Notes under the pieces: generated by a model
Databases searched by the model: none
What the model saw: the letters and a program-made list of their open reading frames with translations, nothing else
What the model was told of the DNA's origin: nothing
Part shown: piece by piece, positions 46,446 through 50,601 of the stretch
Position numbering within the stretch: position 1 is the stretch's first letter
Layout: each line of letters opens with the position of its first letter
Assembly: GCA_036381125.1 (NCBI GenBank)
Contig: DASVDK010000141.1
Coordinates: 1 to 50,601 of the forward strand
DNA length: 50,601 nucleotides
Direction of reading: 5' to 3'
Origin: Thermodesulfobacteriota bacterium
Lineage (GTDB): Bacteria > DASVDK01
Position numbers and translations under genes: made by a program

Positions 46446-47728
46446 CGCGGGAGGGTCGCCTCGTCGCGCTCGCGCAAGAGGTCCCGGAGGGCCTCGAGGA
46501 GGCGATCGCGGCGCGGCAAGAGGTCGGGCTGGGACTCGATGTACCGCTCCACGGCGTCCGCCGGACCGAGGCGCTCGGTGAGCCGACTGTCGCGCGAGCG
46601 GACCGCCTCGCCCGTCACCTCCCGCGCGATGCCGGCCAGGTAGTAGACCCCCGCCTCGTCGAGCCGGCGGCGGATGGGCCGGTCGTCGAACGTCTCGCGT
46701 CCCGCCCGGACGGTGCAGAGCACGCGCACGACCGCGTCGCGCAGCCCGCCGCCCGGTCCGTGCTCCCGCTCGCGCGCGGCGAGGCAGGCGCCGATCGCCG
46801 CCTCGGGGTCGGGCGCCTCCGCGTCGAGGTCGAGCCGCAGCGTCACGAAGGGCCTCGCGGGCAGCTTCACGAACTCGTACGACGCGCGCCCCCGCTCGAC
46901 CTCCACCATGCAGAAGCCCTTCTCCTCGCGCTCCTCGCCGAAGTCGATCCGCTCGATGGAGCCCGGGTAGACCACCGGCGGCTGCCGGCCCTCGTTGAGA
47001 TCCTGGTGGCGGTGGATGTGGCCGAGCGCCACGTAGTCCCACGCCGAGCGGCCATGCGCGTCGCGCACGTCGATCGCGCCGTACGGAATCACCAGGTCGT
47101 GCCCGACCATGACGCCTCGCTCGCTCCCGAAGACCGCCCCGCCGACCGAGCCGTGATAGGCGAGGACGGTCGGCAGGTTCGGGTCGAGCTGCGACGCGAG
47201 CTCCCGCAGCGCGTGCTCGCACTTCTCCGCCATCGCCCGGTTCACCTCCTCGACCGGCAGGCTCTTGTAGGCGTCCTTGTCGAGGAGGAAGGCGCGGCTC
47301 ACGTACGGGAGCGCGGCGACCTGGAGCGGGCCGTGGAACGTCTCGATGACCTTGACGCCGGGCCGCTCGAAGAGGGTGAGGCGGGCGACGCCGAGGCTGC
47401 CGAAGACGGCGAGCGCGTGGGCGCGGCCGATGGCGTTCGGCGTATCGTGGTTGCCGAGGACGATGACGACCGGGATGCGCCGGTCGAGGACCTTCCTGAG
47501 GCAGCTCGCGAACTCGCGCTGGTGCGTGGCCTGGGGGTCGCGCGTCCTGAAGCAGTCGCCGGCGATGAGGACGAGGTCGACGTCTCGCTCGAGGGCGTGG
47601 TCGATGGCCCGCCCGAACTGCTCGCGGAAGTCGACGAGCCGGCGGTTCATCCCGGTCGCCGGGTCGATCCGGCCGTAGTTCTCCATCCCGAAGTGGAGAT
47701 CGGCCGTATGGAGGAGCCGGATCGGCAT
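46442..47728 (-). CDS. sbcD: SbcD/Mre11 nuclease
   Basis: HTADLHFG, AGD, GNHD, YH, ALGHIH, YPGSIERIDFGE; ATGA overlap with sbcC. Confidence 0.93.
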   Translation of the reverse strand: MPIRLLHTADLHFGMENYGRIDPATGMNRRLVDFREQFGRAIDHALERDVDLVLIAGDCFRTRDPQATHQREFASCLRKVLDRRIPVVIVLGNHDTPNAIGRAHALAVFGSLGVARLTLFERPGVKVIETFHGPLQVAALPYVSRAFLLDKDAYKSLPVEEVNRAMAEKCEHALRELASQLDPNLPTVLAYHGSVGGAVFGSERGVMVGHDLVIPYGAIDVRDAHGRSAWDYVALGHIHRHQDLNEGRQPPVVYPGSIERIDFGEEREEKGFCMVEVERGRASYEFVKLPARPFVTLRLDLDAEAPDPEAAIGACLAAREREHGPGGGLRDAVVRVLCTVRAGRETFDDRPIRRRLDEAGVYYLAGIAREVTGEAVRSRDSRLTERLGPADAVERYIESQPDLLPRRDRLLEALRDLLRERDEATLPR

Positions 47729-47865
47729 TATCCGCGGGGGCCCGCTCCGCCGCGGCCCCGCCGTGTGTCTGCTCGCATCGCCCCCGCACCCCCGCGCGCC
47801 CACCGGCATGACACGCAGCCTGCCGAAGGCAGGCGTTTCGCGAGCCGGGGCCGCGCCTGGCGATT

Positions 47866-49602
47866 CTACCGACTGCCGAAGAGGTCGTCGATGGCCCGGG
47901 CGCCCCGGCTGCCCCGGCTCGGCTCCTCGTCCTCGGCCCCCATCGCCCTGTAGAACGCCGCGTCGTAGTCGCGCGTGCGGATCACCACCGGCATCGGCAC
48001 CGCGTGCCCCATGAGGAGCGCCTGCTGCCGGGTGTCGAGCGAGGCGAGCACCGAGCGGAGCCACTGCGCGTTCGAGACGCCGGTGAGGACCGCGGCGATG
48101 TCCTTCTCGTCGGAGAGGAGCGCCGTTACGCGGGTGCCGAGCTGGGAGAGGATCTCGTCGTCGATCCCCGAGGGGCGCTGGTCGACGACGAGCAGCGACA
48201 CGAAGTACTTCCGGAGCTCGCGTGCGATCGTGCCGAAGATCGTCTGGCGCGCCGCCTGCGGGTTCAGGAACTTGTGCGCCTCCTCGATGGTGATGACGAG
48301 CGGGTGCGGCCTGTCCTGCGGCCGCTTGGTGGCGAGGTAGGTCTCGGTCTTGCGCACGTAGCGCTCGCGGATCTCGCGGGTGAGGATGTTCGCCACCAGC
48401 ATGTAGACGAGCAGATCCGTGCGCGTGCCGAACTCGAGGACGACGTGCTGGCGCCGATCGAGCGCCTCCATGATCCGATCGACCGCGTCGTCGGGCGCCC
48501 GCGGCACCAGGAAGTCGAGGCGCTTGAGGCGCGACAGCTTGCGGTGCACCGCGGCGAACGACTCGGCGTGCGCGCCGAGGTCCCTGGCGAGGTCGCGGAC
48601 CTCCTCGGCCCCCATGCCGAGGAGCCGCTCGAGCCACTCCGACCCGTACTGCGCCTGGACGAGGTAGAGCGAGTCGGCCGCGGTCGGGTTGAGGTTCAGC
48701 TCGTCGGCGAGCGGGAGGATGTCCTCCACGTCGATCCGGTCGTAGGGGATCTTGACCTCGACGTCGGGCGAGACGCCGCGGCGCCGGGACGACTCGGGGT
48801 CGAGGCTGAAGACCGCGACGCGCGACGCCCCGAAGAGCTGCCGGAGCCCCTTGGCCTCGGCGTGGTCCCCTTCGCGCCGCGCCCCCCAGCCGTACTCGGA
48901 GTGCATGTCGAAGACGAGCGCCGACGCCTTGCCGCTCTTCACGAGCCCGGAGAGGATGAGCCGGGTGAGGAACGTCTTGCCGGTGCCGGTGCGGCCGAAG
49001 ATGCCGTTGCTGCGCTCGACGAAGCGGTCGAGGTCGAGGCAGACGGGGGTCTCCATGTCGAGCGGCCGGCCGATGTGGTAGTAGCGGCGGTCCTGCTCCT
49101 CGCTCCCGAAGACGAGGTTGACGTCGGCTTCGGTCGCCTCGGCAACGATCGAGAAGTGCCTCGGCACGGTCTTGACGATCTGCGTCGTGGAGGGCAACGC
49201 GCCCCCGAGACCGCCGGAAGGCCGAGCCGCCTCCCCCGACACCCCCCGATCGGCCGCCCGGCCGGAGCCCTCGCTCCCTGCCCTCGTGTCGTCCTTGCCC
49301 GGCAGCATGAGCATCGGCTTCAGCATAACGGTCCCGTACGTGCTCGTGCCCGAGAGGACCTGGCGCATGAGCGCGTCGGCCTCGTCGTCCTGGGCGGCCG
49401 GCGGGTCGACGAGGATGGCGGGATTCGTGGCGTCGAGCCGCACGTCGGTGATCATGCAGAAGAAGGCCGACTTCTCGCCCTCGATCACGACGAACTTCCC
49501 GGCGCGGACGTCCTCGACCGACTCCCCCTCGTCGAGCCGCATCTCGAGCCCCTCGGTGAGGGAGCCCCGCACGATCACGCCGATCCGACGGCGCTCGCTC
49601 AT
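47866..49602 (-). CDS. herA: HerA DNA helicase/translocase with N-terminal HAS barrel
   Basis: GRTGTGKT, FDMHSEY, IEEAHKF, IARELRKY, DQRPS; next to nurA. Confidence 0.9.
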   Translation of the reverse strand: MSERRRIGVIVRGSLTEGLEMRLDEGESVEDVRAGKFVVIEGEKSAFFCMITDVRLDATNPAILVDPPAAQDDEADALMRQVLSGTSTYGTVMLKPMLMLPGKDDTRAGSEGSGRAADRGVSGEAARPSGGLGGALPSTTQIVKTVPRHFSIVAEATEADVNLVFGSEEQDRRYYHIGRPLDMETPVCLDLDRFVERSNGIFGRTGTGKTFLTRLILSGLVKSGKASALVFDMHSEYGWGARREGDHAEAKGLRQLFGASRVAVFSLDPESSRRRGVSPDVEVKIPYDRIDVEDILPLADELNLNPTAADSLYLVQAQYGSEWLERLLGMGAEEVRDLARDLGAHAESFAAVHRKLSRLKRLDFLVPRAPDDAVDRIMEALDRRQHVVLEFGTRTDLLVYMLVANILTREIRERYVRKTETYLATKRPQDRPHPLVITIEEAHKFLNPQAARQTIFGTIARELRKYFVSLLVVDQRPSGIDDEILSQLGTRVTALLSDEKDIAAVLTGVSNAQWLRSVLASLDTRQQALLMGHAVPMPVVIRTRDYDAAFYRAMGAEDEEPSRGSRGARAIDDLFGSR

Positions 49603-50186
49603 GACCGGACCCTCCGGAGGACCGACGAGAGCGTCTCGTAGTCGTCCTTGAGCAGGCGGGCCAGCTCCTTGCCGGCCCGCACGAGGAACCCGCGGTCGCC
49701 GCCGTGCGCCTCGAGGGCCTGCCGGAGCGCCGCGGCGATCAGCTCGTCGGCCGGCGCGCGGCCCGGCGCCCTGGCCCCGGCCAGGAGCAGCCGCAGGAAG
49801 CCGAGGTCGGCCGTCACCCGCTTCACCTCGAGCGCCTGGAGCGGGTAGACGAACGCGTGGATCCGCGGCGGCTTGGTGGGGAGCTGTGCGCGCACGACGT
49901 CCTTGCCCTTGTAGCCGACGATGACCGCCTCGAACTTGGTCTTGAGCAGCTCGAAGATCTGCGGCTGCTCGGCGCGCAGCTCGAGCTCCGACCGGTGGTA
50001 GGCCACGGCCAGCCGGTTCGGCTCGAGGCTGTGCGTGTACGCCGCGAAGACCACGCCGTAGACCGTCTCGTCCCGCCCGTCCACGCGCACGAAGGCGCCG
50101 AACGCCGGCGACTCGTAGAGCAGGTGCGCCTGCGCGATGAACTCGGTGTTGGACGAGCCGATGACCTCGCCGATCTCGCCGTTCAT
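49599..50186 (-). CDS. Stand-alone HAS-barrel protein
   Basis: IGEVI, PAFGAFVRV, EQPQIFELL, LPTKPPRIH; ATGA overlaps with both nurA and herA. Confidence 0.75.
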   Translation of the reverse strand: MNGEIGEVIGSSNTEFIAQAHLLYESPAFGAFVRVDGRDETVYGVVFAAYTHSLEPNRLAVAYHRSELELRAEQPQIFELLKTKFEAVIVGYKGKDVVRAQLPTKPPRIHAFVYPLQALEVKRVTADLGFLRLLLAGARAPGRAPADELIAAALRQALEAHGGDRGFLVRAGKELARLLKDDYETLSSVLRRVRS

Positions 50187-50601
50187 ACCGTGAGCCCGAC
50201 CTTGTGCAGCACCTTGGGCGACCGCCATCGCCTCACCCCCCGTTTGACCAGCGCCTCCTCCACCATCCGGTAGAAGAGGGTCCGCTCGGCGCCCCGCACG
50301 ACGGCCCGTTGATGGGCCTCGGCGAGCGCCACCGGGTAACCGTTCCCCTTGCGGGCCTGATCGACGCAGACGGCGTGCACCAGGCCGAGGAGCGCCGGGT
50401 CCCGGGCGACCCAGCGGGGGACTTCGATCCGGGCCAGCTCCGGCCCGACGTTCAGGTAGCAGAAATCGATGGTCTGCGTCTCGCCGTAGCGCTTCGCGAG
50501 CACCGACGACCGGCTCCCGAAGAGGGGGCTTCGCTCGCCCACCCCCAGCACGCTCTCGAAGAGCCGACGGTCGAGCACCCCGGCGATCACCTCGCAGGGG
50601 A
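50183..50601 (-). CDS. nurA: NurA nuclease, C-terminal part (5' end beyond window)
   Basis: FCYLNVG.ELARIEVPRW, DQARKGNGYPVALAEAHQRAVV (NurA GYP..L.EAH motif). Confidence 0.9.
   Translation of the reverse strand, partial: PCEVIAGVLDRRLFESVLGVGERSPLFGSRSSVLAKRYGETQTIDFCYLNVGPELARIEVPRWVARDPALLGLVHAVCVDQARKGNGYPVALAEAHQRAVVRGAERTLFYRMVEEALVKRGVRRWRSPKVLHKVGLTV

Noticed and set aside
47866-49602. HerA as part of a Sir2-HerA or similar anti-phage system
   Set aside because: Its partners are NurA and a HAS barrel in host-like DNA; no Sir2 or DUF4297-type gene is adjacent.

Overview
High-GC bacterial chromosomal window; the lineage cannot be determined from sequence alone. It has four zones. (1) 1-12 kb is a sugar/sugar-acid uptake and catabolism region: PdxA-family dehydrogenase, carbohydrate ABC importer, exported cyclase-family protein, KduD-like SDR, IlvD/Edd-family dehydratase, KdgK-like kinase and Eda aldolase, with a GlpQ gene on the opposite strand between the last two. 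(2) About 12.6-20.4 kb is a more AT-rich accessory island. It carries a hypothetical gene coupled to an XRE-HTH/IrrE peptidase gene (candidate toxin-antitoxin pair). Facing it on the other strand are a 2TM-GAF gene, an unannotated 57-aa ORF and a complete tRNA-Gln(UUG). An IS21 element (5-bp target duplication, frameshifted istB) and a truncated, frameshifted IS256 element follow. (3) 20.4-36 kb holds mixed metabolic genes: ROK kinase, 2-hydroxyacid dehydrogenase, GNAT, RidA, epimerase, two LarA-domain paralogs, cytochrome c, dapB, ABC exporter, CtaA-CtaB fusion, MscS and an XRE-cupin regulator, plus several internally collapsed pseudogenes. (4) 35.9-50.6 kb is a minus-strand DNA-metabolism cluster: nurA, HAS-barrel gene, herA, sbcD/mre11, sbcC/rad50, a SAMHD1-like HD hydrolase, Fic, a Cys-to-Ser DapF, a PolX-PHP with both catalytic sites degenerate, and dnaB. 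The best candidates for new biology are the TA / tRNA-Gln / 2TM-GAF island module and the archaeal-style resection cluster with its coupled HD hydrolase and pseudo-PolX. All calls come from reading motifs by eye; no database searches were run.
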